Below are positions 48,461 to 61,470 of a DNA stretch of 64,000 nucleotides, piece by piece. Source of the stretch: Mizuhopecten yessoensis (Eukaryota); NCBI RefSeq assembly GCF_002113885.1, contig NW_018404144.1, positions 86,783 through 150,782 of the forward strand. The letters are read 5' to 3'. Positions within the stretch are counted from its first letter, which is position 1. Each line of letters opens with the position of its first letter. Made by a program: the position numbers and the translations under genes. The notes under the pieces are model-generated. The model was not told the origin of the DNA and made no database searches. It was given only the letters and a program-made list of their open reading frames with translations.

Positions 48461-51039
48461 GTACATTGGCACAAAGAACAAGTGCTGTCTGTGCCGTCAG
48501 ACAAAGGCTTCGGGTTTGTTTGTATAACATACATGTACATGTACCTTCAGTCGCTCTTTATATGCACCTAAGGTTTGCTGTAGAGAATAGCTCTTAATTT
48601 TCCAATTTAAATGTTTAACCTGCATCCCGAAATCTTGAATCGAACAACAATGGCGGACAAAACGACGTCCAGGATAGAATACTGGCGTCACAATAATCTA
48701 ACGTAAAATTTGTTGATTTTTTTACATGTTTAATTTAAAAAATCGGGCAGTATTTTTTAATTTTTTCATTGTTTTATTGCTTTTTTATTTTGTTTTTATT
48801 ACATGTAGGTCAGTTTTTAAAATTAAAACCGGAATTGTAGTATGTTGGTTCTTACATATCCATGAGTTTAGAACAATAATACCGACCGAGGAGGTAAGTT
48901 ATAGATAAAACTCATCAACCCGCCAGAGTTTTATAGTATCCTACTCTCGTATGTCATAGATCTCCATCTAATTTACGACGCTTTAAAATATATCAAACGG
49001 GAAGCGTCGTTTAACCTCCTAGAGATAAAATGAATTCTGTCGTCCTGAATATGACACTTTTACACAAAGATAACAGAAAGTTAAGTGATAAATGTTTATT
49101 GCTATATACATTGAAGGCACGTACATGGAATAGCTTTATTAACAAAATAACACCACTTGTATTCTGATATAATTGTATATAAAACACAGCCTATATTTCA
49201 TATGCACTATTCATTATTTAACTTAACTACATAAAAATATGCGTGTATACTTTAGCTACTTACTTTTTGTACAAAATATAATCGCAGGCTCACGGCGTGC
49301 ACGTAATCGTGACAATAGGTCAGGTAGACTTAGTATTTCGTATTTATGTCATAGTACACAAATGCACATAAATGTATTATATGAACATTAAAATAGTATA
49401 ATATTGCACATCTTAAACAATTAATGTATTTTCCTGACCACATATATGTCAAGTAAACTATTTGTTTTGAAAAGGAAAACAATAGAGTTCAAAATTTTTG
49501 TGGGGAAGTATCTTTGGCTACATATACACAAATCAAACATAAATCATAAATATATTTATGTTGCATCTTGATTTTACAGTAATTATTAATCAAATACACA
49601 CATTTTATTTATTCGTGATAACTTATTCTTTGAACATTTAAAAGATCTGTCACAATTATTTTTTACCCAGCTTGAATACCTATATTAGAGAATAAAACAG
49701 AAAGACAATGATACCTTCAACGAATCAGAATATTACACAGGTGTTGTTAATTCGATAAAATGGTTGAGAAACACACTAGCGGTTTTATAGTTGAGTACCA
49801 GACAGATGACACACAGGTCGATTGTCTAGGGACCCGGGCAAGGTTAGTGACAAATCTACACCTCACGTGTCGTACATACCTACAGCAACAGGTAAAGCGC
49901 TAACTAACATTCAATACCAACAGATAGGTCCAAAAGTATTACAGATTACCTTAAATTTAAGAGATTTGTATGAATAGAGATAAACTGTATTCAAAAACAG
50001 ATATCTTAAAATGAAATACATAGTTCTTTAATTGAGATATTTTTAATTTGAATAAAAAAATCCGAATAAATTAAGAAATTCTATCCTATATTTGGTAATA
50101 GGGATAGCTTTGAATGTTACATATATATATATATATATGTGTGTGTGTGTTGAAACAAATTTAGCCTTTAACACTCATACCAATCTGATGAATCGTATTC
50201 CGAATATCTTTGAAAAAATAAGATACCGTAATATTAAAAAAAATACATATATCGTTAAATGAATTAAATGTGTCTTCAATTAAATTAAAGACACTATTAA
50301 ATGTAATAGATATAACTTTCAGGTATTAAATGTTAGCTTGGCTTGCCATGGTAGTGATATACAGTGCTTATAACAATACGTGTTATATCATCTTTCTGGT
50401 GTACGTATGATACTGGATTTGTCTCCTAACAACTATCACACGTGTATAGCATTGTCTCAATTAGATCATGGACACATCGATCATTTCAAGTAAGATGGAC
50501 TTAACTTCGCCATCTTCACGAGTGGCGCTGTCGTCCGCCATTGTGGTATAAGGTGAGTTAAATACTCTGTCCAGTATCACGCCTTGGGCAGTTTCTAGAA
50601 TTTGTCACAAGAACACGACAGATGTCCAGGAGGCTGCATAGTTGATACTTACGACATGCCTCGCGATTCAGTGTACACCACACAAGTGCCAAGCGTATAT
50701 AATCAAAACGAGTATACAGTGGCGGATCCAGAGGGGTTTTTGGGCTTCAGGAACCCTGTATAATTTTCTTTAAAAATCATGTGTTTTCACCATTTTCATT
50801 TTCCTAAATTTCCCCCCACATGGAACTCAGTGTAGCATATCTGTTCGTACATACCAAACAAATGTACATTTTATATACGGTTATGGGGTGGTCATTTATG
50901 ACCATGTTGACCCTGGCGCTAAACCTGTTAGTACGCGTGCATTCCGTCTCCCTACTCCAATGAAGCAATGTACTCTAGATCTGTATAAGGTGAAGAGGTG
51001 GGAATAACAACCGTTACCATTTTATGACCAGAAGTTTCA

Positions 51040-51390
51040 ACGGCATTGGTGAACCAAGAGGCCAAACCTTGTAGGAGACATGAACATTTGTTATAACCTT
51101 TCCATGCTCAGTAATTGCGTATATAATTATACGGTCGATATCTAAATCTTTTCCTAGTTACAATCCTAGTTTGGCCAGCCCCGTAGGACTGAGGAAGTCA
51201 CATTGGATGAACCCTCCATTTGTACAATTTGGACCCCTATATATATATATAGCTACCAGCTGTGGATACTTCCAGTCAAATTTGGCAAATTTTCATTCAA
51301 TGATTCATCAGAATGTTTCGTTTGAAAAAAAAAGTTGATGGACGGGCAGGCGGACGGACGGACGGACGACAGACGTACGACGGCCACTGT
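51040..51390 (+). mobile_element. Probable non-autonomous Helentron (HINE/pearl-like) remnant
   Basis: Core-like TGGATACTTCCAGTCAAATTTGGC.. followed by an A-run and (GGAC)n microsatellite, the usual layout of such elements; boundaries approximate. Confidence 0.45.
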
Positions 51391-53501
51391 TCTATTTCAT
51401 TTAACTCAATCCACAGTGACAGTGGACTGAGTAAGGGTTTGTTATTCAAAGATTGTAGTAAATCCAGTGTGTCCTCGTTCACACTGATACAACGTGTACT
51501 GGGGCACAATATTAATAACTGCCACGGTGTGTTACCTTTTTGTCTATATCAGAATAAATATTCTACTTACAATCATTTCTGATCATCAAATGCCAACAAG
51601 TAGAATAGTAAAATATATATATTTCAATATCAACAAACAAGGACACCATAAAACAAAGAAAAATAAATTAAAAAAACACAGCAGGAACCAGTAAAAGACA
51701 TTATGGAACCCATAAAACTCCGGAGGAATCCAGACACTCCGGAAACGGATAACACACGAGGAATAACTCTCTTCTTAGATCCGGAAAACTGACAGTCATT
51801 AACGCTCTAAACAAGTCGTCAAATACAAAATATGTCATCAGGTTTTTGCAGAACTCGGCTGATAACAGACGGACGTGATTCCGCGCTTACGAGCGCGTGT
51901 AAAGGTAAAAAATGATAGTCGAGGAGAAACAAGGTAGTTTGTTTCCTGATGTTAAATATCTGCTTTAATACCAAATATTTTGAAATGGCCGGGTTATTGG
52001 ATTTAACAGCTAAGGCTATTTAAGAAATTAGGCTGCCGGCATTGGGATCAACCTGTTAGTTTCAGTGATCATCTTAGAATGTACAGCTGAGAGAGGTACG
52101 TGTGAGCCAGAAAGATTCTTTCCCGCTTTTGGAAAATGTTATAGGTACATGTATGTACTTATTTACAGCACAAAAAGCATACCTAGGTTGCTCCTGTATG
52201 AAGGGTATAGTAGATGATAATCACATATTGAGGGATTTAAATTACATTTTTTTTTATATAATATACAGCACTTATAAAGCAATATAATGTATACAGCACC
52301 TGTCTAACAATATAAAAACTAATAAGAAAACAGCACCCGTTCGGAAATATACAAATCTAATATGAAAACAGTACCCGTCCGGAAATCATTCCGGATATAT
52401 ATGGTTATACGTACATATAACGTCGTAGTTTTCAGTAGGTTATCATCATATCATCCCTATCTTTTGTAATGAAGCAGACAACCGAGTGTAGCAGGAAGAC
52501 ATTATTTGTAATGTAACAATATTGTACTCCCTACGGTCGTAAAGCCTCTCGTGACTTCCGAGTACAACCGTGCAATACAGGACCCCGCATAATAACATCC
52601 GTCAGAAATAATCATCTATTAAGTACGTTACAGCAACAGGAGATGACGTCAGTATACGTCCCTCTACCCATATTTCTGTAAGATTATTTTAAAGGTCATT
52701 GTTAATTTAGACTATTTAATTAATAGTAAATGCCCTTTAATATGCAGTGGAAATGTCCTCAACACCTATGCTGCTATAATAACACAACACGGAGTTAACC
52801 CTCACGTCTTGAAATGTCAGATAGAAGTCGACCTTTTAGGGGTCAGAGATTAGGAGCCTATGGGGACCCGAACTGATCTTCTCCTCACACGCCTATAATA
52901 AATAATGTATGTAGTGGGTAACTTGATCAGACGACTTGTCAGACTATCGGATTGTACACTTTCATGAGCTTCCCCGCCTATCTCACGCGAGCCAATACCA
53001 GACTGTGTAGCAATATCTATCTTGGCGACGTAGCGACGTTGCTACGTTGCTATATCTGTCATGGCGACGTAACGACGTTGCCATGTGTCATGGCAACGTG
53101 GTTGCCTTGATATGTGCCGTGGCCAGGAGACCACACAAACGCAAATTCTTCTCGATCAGTTAACATGGCCGAAATCAATCCTTTGCGAAAGTTTTTCATG
53201 ATCAAAACACAAATAGAACATGAGCATGCGACATGCATGTCGAAACGACAGAAGAATAAGTCACCTTGTCTCCGAGTGCAATAAATTCTACTACCGAACC
53301 AGTTAGGCTACATATTACAACTGTAGCGCTTTCACTTCAAGAAACATCACGTAGCACACCGTATAGTACATGAAGCATCTGTATACTCATTGATATTGTA
53401 ATCACGAGCCAGTACAAACAGGAATCAAACCGCACTTACTACAGCTATCTTTGTTTATATTCGGTTGGATCCCCCCTTTGTATGGTCGGTTAGACAGCAT
53501 T

Positions 53502-54100
53502 TCAATAGAGAAAGTCATGAGGTGGGAGGGTTGTTCTATGTTGTTTAGTTTTCACAGTAATATCCTCGTGATCCCCCTCCCCTTCCGTAGCATCCATTAT
53601 TTCCGAAAACAAATCAAGTGTTTCTTTTGTTGAGAGCACACGTTCTTGACCTCCGAAACCGCCACCATAGGCGCTTCGGTCAGCCTCGCCTTCACATTCT
53701 CCCGCCCTTTCCATGACACTCATGTACAGTCGTCTGCGCTGCTCGTTGGCTAGGAAATCAATCTCGATAACCCTTGTCACGACTGCCTGACTCTTCCGCC
53801 AAACGTTGAACTCTTTGTCTATGGGAGTGTATCTCTCCGCCGTCACAGTGATGGTGATGTATGCTTTCCCACCGCGCATCACTAGGTCAATATTCTCGTT
53901 GACGGAATCAAAGTTGTTGGCGCCGGCCTGAGCCAAACTTCCGTCGGCGTGCATGAAGCGCGCGTCGCCGTAGATGTCTTCGTTGTGGTGCTGTACATCG
54001 ATGTGCTGACGTATGTCCTTCACATCGATGTTGGAGAGTTTAGACATAAGTAGCTGGCTCGTCAAAGTTTGTCGGCCTGCCTGGGGTTGGTCTCTTTTCA
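53502..54100 (-). CDS. Terminal coding exon of an unidentified host protein (about 199 codons)
   Basis: GC-rich, non-repetitive open frame KRDQPQAGRQ..GGKAYITITVTAERYTPIDKEFNVWRKSQAVVTRVIEIDF..PPHDFLY*; canonical acceptor TATATTTTCAG at 54111-54101 (phase 1); the first 18 residues of the tracked ORF are intronic. Confidence 0.85.
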
Positions 54101-56629
54101 CTGAAAATATATAAGAATACGGATAAGAAATGTATTTCTTAAAAAAGTCAAACAAAATAAAATTTCAACGATCTATATTACGTGAGAACATGATCTTTTT
54201 TTTAACTCTGTTACCTTAGCAGTCGCACATAAACATAGTTCTGTTAGAAACCTCACTGAAAACGCCTTTGGTATTTTCTGCCTATGACTTTAGTATAGAA
54301 CATGTTTTAGATACGTATAGACATGTGACATGGCCCTTTGTGGCTATTGTGTACGAGGTAATATACTGTCATTCACATGTTTATTCTGGTTATAATATGG
54401 TCCAAATTTTACCTTTATATCCTTTAAATCTTAATATAAGCCTACTTTAATGTGTTAATGTGTTAGATTGAGTCGTTTTTCGATGCTTCAGGGATGACGT
54501 TGACATTTTACATTGACCAAGCATAACTAGATATGTGCATCGCTCTTTACAACTCTCGTTTAAAAGAAATGCCATCAAATTGAGTGGTGGGCAACGTGTG
54601 GGGATACACGTGACACCAATGTGATCAATACGTCAATTCACCAAGCATGCGCAGACCGCAAATATTCTCCCCGAGCTAGATCTTGATGAACATTGAATGG
54701 TGGAAAATAAATTCTATTAGGGTTCTTTAATTGTTTACGTTTAGTTTGCACTTAACGAGCAATTAAGGAGGGAAGCGGAGGGAGAGTGACGCTCAAGCTG
54801 GGTTTTCGTTGTGATTAGGGACACACTCAGCATTAGGTCTCGCATTAGTTAGTTTGGACGTTACTGCTACAAACAAGACCGGCTAATTCTAGCACTTCTT
54901 CTCCGCTTAATTGATTAGAATGTGCTGGAGTAATGCACATCATTTTTAATATCAATCGAAGACGAGAAATAAATCCCGAGCTGGAGAATGACGAACGTAA
55001 ACTGTATTGTGGTTATTGTGTGAACAATTTCTAGCGTTGAATTAAGGGAGATGAAATCGGGAGGGGATGATGGATGCGATACCTAAAGTAAATAATACAC
55101 AAATCTAGTTTATTATTAAAAGAAATACAGAGTTTGACATAAATAAGAAAAGCATTTTCTCATGCTCATAACTGGATTTACAAAGATGCTTCGGATTGTG
55201 AAATCAATGCTGACATAGATTTCTGATAAGCAATGAACAGAACAAAATATCATTGAATCAGCACTCATGGACTACACTGAAACCAAACGTCACGACACGA
55301 AACGACATGACAAACCCAACGACGTACAGTCCAAGGATAGACGTCACTCACATCGGAATCTCATCTATAAATAACCCGTATGATCAACTATGGTAAGTGT
55401 TTCAAGCAATGCATACAACGGTTGATGGAGAGGGATTGTCTTGGACTCCAGGAACCCCTGCCAGGAAAGTTTCATTAAAATCTGTGTAGATTCGAATCGG
55501 TAGATGCATGATAAAACAGCTGGAGTATTGGATTTTGGTATACAGAATACAAGCGAAATTTTGGTACCCCTCGACCAAGTCTATTTGCGATAATTTCCGT
55601 AAGCAGACACCTGTCTGCAGACAACAATGGCGGCGGGAAGGTCAACACAATACGATAGAGTAACATGTTTGATTGCAGCGATATAATAAAACATAAACAG
55701 CCTTGGCACTCATGAAAATGCCAAGGTCATTTTTTTGTTCTTGCAATACAATCTATTTCCTCCTGTCTCCGAAAATAGTGACTGTTTATGGAGATTTTCC
55801 TCGTGTCCATTCTATATCTGTAACATACCTTTACTGGTTTAATGCGCTTTACAGAATCGTTTTTACGTGCCTCAATGCTCTCATCAACTTAGTAACAACA
55901 TTGTCATTTCCTCAATACGGCTATCCGTCAACATACATCCATAACTGTCAATCATTTCTGGAGGAAAAATACATGTCATTGACTCCTCGCAATATTCAGG
56001 GTAGCTTTCTCCACAGAGCAACACCTTCGGCCGAGATCAATGTATTCAGGGTCACTTTCGTTATAGGGTCATCACCCTTGGCCATGTTTTATGAATGGAT
56101 ATAGTGCAAATATCTGTTCTGTGTAATAGCATTATGTCGATTGTCAAAACGAGTGTAAAATGATCTTTAAGAATTTTCCATAGCATCTGCAAATAACAAG
56201 TTCCTATTAAATGTCAAACTACACGTACTTTTACTGATAATACCAGCGTACTTTTCAAATATATACTGACATTCCCTTTGTACAGTTCTTAGAGAAACCA
56301 TTCCGATTGATGCACCCAAATTGACGGAACTGGTAACCACCACAGGAAAAACATTTTGTTCCCGCAAAAAATGACTGTTCCGTCATTTGGTGAAATTTAT
56401 TTTGAAACGAGTGAGACAACAAAGAACAATACACTAACAATGTCATGTTGTTGAGCCATTTCCGTGTTGCATACCATCATACTTGTTATAAAGATGCATT
56501 TCAAGCCTGAAATATAATTAAACTCACGAAACAAACGCCTATCAAAACTACATATAAAGATAATGATAAACCGACGTCGTTTATCACAATGTGTTATTAT
56601 ACGGACAAAACCAACATGACGTACCATCA

Positions 56630-59225
56630 ATTACACAGACAATGTTTACCTGTGTACCATTCTTATACAATGACAAACCAACCACCTTTACCACAACGTT
56701 TACCTATATAAACAAACTCCACGTGTTTACTACTACATCTACCTACAGACAATTTTTACCAGTGCACCATCTTATAAAATGACAAATCAACCACCTTTAC
56801 CACAACGTTTACCTCTACAAACAAACCCAACTTGTTCACCACTACATCTACCTACAGACAATGTTAAACCAATGTACCATTCTTATACAATGACAAACCA
56901 ACGACCTTTACCACTACGTTTACCTATACAAACAACCCCAACGTGTTTACCACTACATCTACATACAGACAATGTTAAACCAGTGTACCATTCTTATACA
57001 ATGACAAACCAACGACCTTTACCACTACGTTTACCTATACAAACAACCCCAACGTGTTTACCACTACATCTACATACAGACAATGTTAAACCAGTGTACC
57101 ATTCTTATACAATGACAAACCAACGACCTTTACCACAACGTTTACCTATACAAACAAACCCAACGTGTTTACCACTACATCTACCTACAGACGATGTTTA
57201 CCAGTGTACCATTCTTATACAATGACAAACCAACCACCTTTACCACTACGTTTACCTATACAAACAACCCAACTTGTTCACCACTACATCTACCTACAGA
57301 CGATGTTTACCAGTGTACCATCTTATACAATGACAAACCAACCACCTTTACCACAACGTTTACTTATATAAACAAACCCAACGTGTTTACTACTACATCT
57401 ACCTACAGACAATGTTAAACCAGTGTACCATCATATACAATGACAAACCAGCGACCTTTACCATAACTTTTACCTATATAAACACACCCAACGTGTTTAC
57501 TACTACATCTACCTACAGACAATGTTTACCAGTGTACTATTCTTATACAATGACAAACCAACCACCTTTACCACAACGGTTACTTATATAAACAAACCCA
57601 ACGTGTTTACTACTTCATCTACCTACAGACAATGTTAAACCAGTGTACTATTCATATACAATGACAAACCAACCACCTTTACCACAACGGTTACTTATAT
57701 AAACAAACCCAACGTGTTTACTACTACATCTACCTACAGACAATGTTAAACCAGTGTACTATTCATATACAATGACAAACAAACCACCTTTACCACAACG
57801 TTTACCTATATAAACAAACCCCAAGTGTTTAATACTACATCTACCTACAGACAATGTTTACCAGTGTACTATTCTTATACAATGACAAACCAACCACCTT
57901 TACCACAACGTTTACTTATATAAACAAACCCCAAGTGTTTAATACTACATCTACCTACAGACAATGTTTACCAGTGTACTATTCTTATACAATAACAAAC
58001 CAACCACCTTTACCACAACGTTTACTTATATAAACAAACCCAACGTGTTTACTACTACATCTACCTACAGACAATGTTAAACCAGTGTACCATCTTATAC
58101 AATGACAAATTAACCACCTTTACCACAACGTTTACCTCTACAAACAAACCCAACTTGTTCACCACTACATCTACCTTCAGACAATTTTTACCAGTGTACC
58201 ATCTTATACAATGACAAACCAACCACCTTTACCACTACGTTTACCTATACAAACAAACCCAACTTGTTTACTACTACATCTACCTACAGACAATGTAAAA
58301 CCAGTGTACCATTTTATTCGTCAGTAACATCATGATTGTCAATTCCAACGCTCTAACTACATCTACCTACAGACAATGTTAAACCAATGTACCATTCTTA
58401 TACAATGACAAACCAACGACCTTTACCACTACGTTTTCCTCTACAAACAACCCCAACGTGTTTACCACAACGTTTACCTATATAAACAAACCCCAAGTGT
58501 TTAATACTACATCTACCTACAGACAATGTTGACCAGTGTACTATTCTTATACAATGACAAACCAACCCCCTTTACCACTACGTTTACCTATACAAACACC
58601 CCCAACGTGTTTACCACAACGTTTACCTATATAAACAAACCCCAAGTGTTTAACACTACATCTACCTACAGACAATGTTTATCAGTGTAACATCATATAC
58701 AATGACAAACCAACCACCTTTACCACAACGTTTACCTCTACAAACAAACCCAACTTGTTCACCACTACATCTACCTTCAGACAATTTTTACCAGTGTACC
58801 ATCTTATACAATGACAAATTAACCACCTTTACCACAACGTTTACCTCTACAAACAAACCCAACTTGTTCACCACTACATCTACCTACAGACAATTTTTAC
58901 CAGTGTACCATCTTATACAATGACAAACCAACCACCTTTACCACAACGTTTACTTATATAAACAAACCCCAAGTGTTTAATACTACATCTACCTACAGAC
59001 AATGTTGACCAGTGTACTATTCTTATACAATGACAAACCAACCACCTTTACCACTACGTTTACCTATACAAACACCCCCAACGTGTTTACCACAACGTTT
59101 ACCTATATAAACAAACCCCAAGTGTTTAATACTACATCTACCTACAGACAATGTTTCCTATACAAACAAACCCAACGTGTTTACTACTACATCTACCTAC
59201 AGACAATGTTAAACCAGTGTACCAT
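56630..59225. repeat. 111-bp satellite (three related subunits of about 37 bp), about 22 copies
   Basis: Unit ACAATGACAAACCAACCACCTTTACCACAACGTTTACCTATATAAACAAACCCAACGTGTTTACTACTACATCTACCTACAGACAATGTTAAACCAGTGTACCATTCTTAT. Confidence 0.96.
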
Positions 59226-59664
59226 TTTATTCGTCAGTAACATCATGATTGTCAATTCCAACGCTCTATTATGAGCTGGATTTTTTGCCTCTGGAGAGAA
59301 ACAATTCTACAATAAGATGCAATATCGATGAAGGAATTCTACTGGGAGGATGAGAGAGTGACCGACGCTGATTATATTGACGTAATACGTCATTCCCTGA
59401 CCAGTCAGCTGTCTCCAACTTCCTATATATAAAACGCTATGATTGCCATGAAATGGCTGCCGGTGAACCGGTTGTAAGCCGAAACCCAGGGGCAGGATCA
59501 GCATTTATCATGACAACCTCGAGTAAAGTCATTAATGTGGTTTATTTCCCCAGGTACGCTACTACGTCAGTGATGTGTGTCGTTACAAATGCTACCCAAT
59601 GTATCAGCGGGCTGCTATACAATGAGCTCTGTAAGGTAAACTACATACGAAATACTATCCCCAA

Positions 59665-61470
59665 GGGAACCATATAGCATTACGGGAGAAAAGTTCCAAA
59701 AACTCGTGGTGGTTGGTTATCAAGTTTAACACTAGGGAACCATTTGGCAATACGGGAGAAAAGTTCCAAAACCTCGTGGTGGTTGGTTTTCAAGTTTAAC
59801 ACTAGGGAACCACGTAGCATTACGGGAGAAAAGTTTCAAAAACTCATGGTGGTTGGTTATCAAGTTTACCACTAGGGAACCATGTAGCATTACGGGAGAA
59901 AAAGTTTCAAAAACTCGTGGTGGTTGATTATCAAGTTTAACACTAGGGAACCATGTAGCATTACGGGAGAAAAGTTCCAAAAACTCAGGGTGGTTACAGT
60001 TGTGGGATCGCACAACGTTACACGATGTGCGGTGTGCGCACGATGTGTGCACGGTGTGTGAACGGTGTGTGCACGATGGGCGAACGATAAAAAGCTGGAC
60101 GATCATTGCTTGCGCACATATGTAAGCACGATGGACGGACGTTGTGCGATAACAATCGTGGTTGGTGTAAATTGAGGAATGCCTTAACAATTTATACGGT
60201 TTCGTGTTTAAACATATAAACTTGATGTTTACGTATGTTTCTATATTCTAGCAACATCTATAAACTTATCTTTCTGTCTATACATTCTTATATTTAGAAA
60301 TTGTGTTTTCTGTGTTTTTAAACAAACTTAATCGACACATGTAAAATTACAACACAATCCCGTATACAGGTAAACATAACCACTTTGTACATGTACCTGG
60401 ACCGTAGTTTTCTCCCCGCCTGGGGCACTTACGTAACTCGTCGGGTAAGGCCGGGGGTGTGAAAATCCAGGTGAAGGGGAGCTATAGGCAAACGAATGCA
60501 AATAACAAATACTATTCATTACGGTCAAACGGTATCGCATATCAGCTCTGTGTGTCAGGCACTGGTCAGGTAAAACTCCGGACACTCATAAAATTGTTAT
60601 TTACCTGTTCTGTTACCTTGGAGCCAAACCCATTCTTGACAGCCTAACGGTCGCTGTAATACTGTGTAACACGCATTGTGAAGTTGTATAATCTTGATTA
60701 TTGTGATGAGAAATTACAGATATATACACAGTGTACATAATCGCATACAAGCCTTCCGTATTTTTGTCATTCCGTAATTTTGATCTATAAATGATACCAA
60801 ATCGCACAGTTGTGCGGATAGAAGCGCACAACGGGGCGAACGATTGCTAAATCGCACAGTTGTGCGCACCATGTGTGGACGATGTGCGGACGGTGTGTGA
60901 ACGATGTATGCACGGTGTGCGCACGCTGTTTTTGGTGCGTTGTGCGGTCCCACAACTGTAGTTATCAAGTTTAACACTAAGGAACCATGTAGCATTACGG
61001 GAGAAAAGTTCCAAAAACTCGTGGTTGGTTGGTTATCAAGTTTAACACTAGGGAACCATGTAGCATTACGGGAGAAAAGTTCCAAAAACTCGTGGTGGTT
61101 GGTTATCAAGTTTAACATTAGGGAACCATGTAGCATTACGGGAGAAAAGTTCCAAAACCTCGTGGTGGTTGGTTATCAAGTTTAACACTAGGGAACCATG
61201 TAGCATTACGGAAGAAAAGTTCCAAAACCTCGTGGTGGTTGGTTATCAAATTTAACACTAGGGAACCATGTAGCATTACGGGAGAAAAGTTCCACCAAAA
61301 ACTCGTGGTGGTTGGTTATCAAATTTAACACTAGGGAACCATGTAGCATTACGCGAGAAAAGTTCCAACAACTCGTGGTGGTCGGTTATCAAGTTTACCA
61401 CTAGGGAACCATGTAGCGTTACGGGCGAAAAGTTCCAAAAACTCGTGGTGGTTGTTTTATCAAATTTACA
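59665..61470. repeat. 70-bp minisatellite split by a DNA transposon
   Basis: Unit CTAGGGAACCATGTAGCATTACGGGAGAAAAGTTCCAAAAACTCGTGGTGGTTGGTTATCAAGTTTAACA; about 5 copies left and 7 right of the insert. Confidence 0.95.
59997..60958. mobile_element. Non-autonomous TIR DNA transposon with TA target duplication (Tc1/mariner-type)
   Basis: TA|CAGTTGTGGGATCGCACAACG ... CGTTGTGCGGTCCCACAACTG|TA (21-bp TIR, 1 mismatch); removing it restores a satellite unit; no transposase ORF. Confidence 0.9.

Noticed and set aside
50718-50760. CAGTGGCGGATCCAGAGGGG, resembling one end of a hAT-type MITE
   Set aside because: No matching opposite TIR or 8-bp TSD found nearby.
54101-54155. N-terminus MFDFFKKYISYPYSYIFS of the 217-aa ORF
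   Set aside because: Starts at a non-ATG codon in AT-rich sequence upstream of a canonical splice acceptor; interpreted as intron.
55310-55398. Plus-strand ATG frame ending at a consensus GTAAGT donor
   Set aside because: No downstream plus-strand exon identified; a lone donor is expected by chance.
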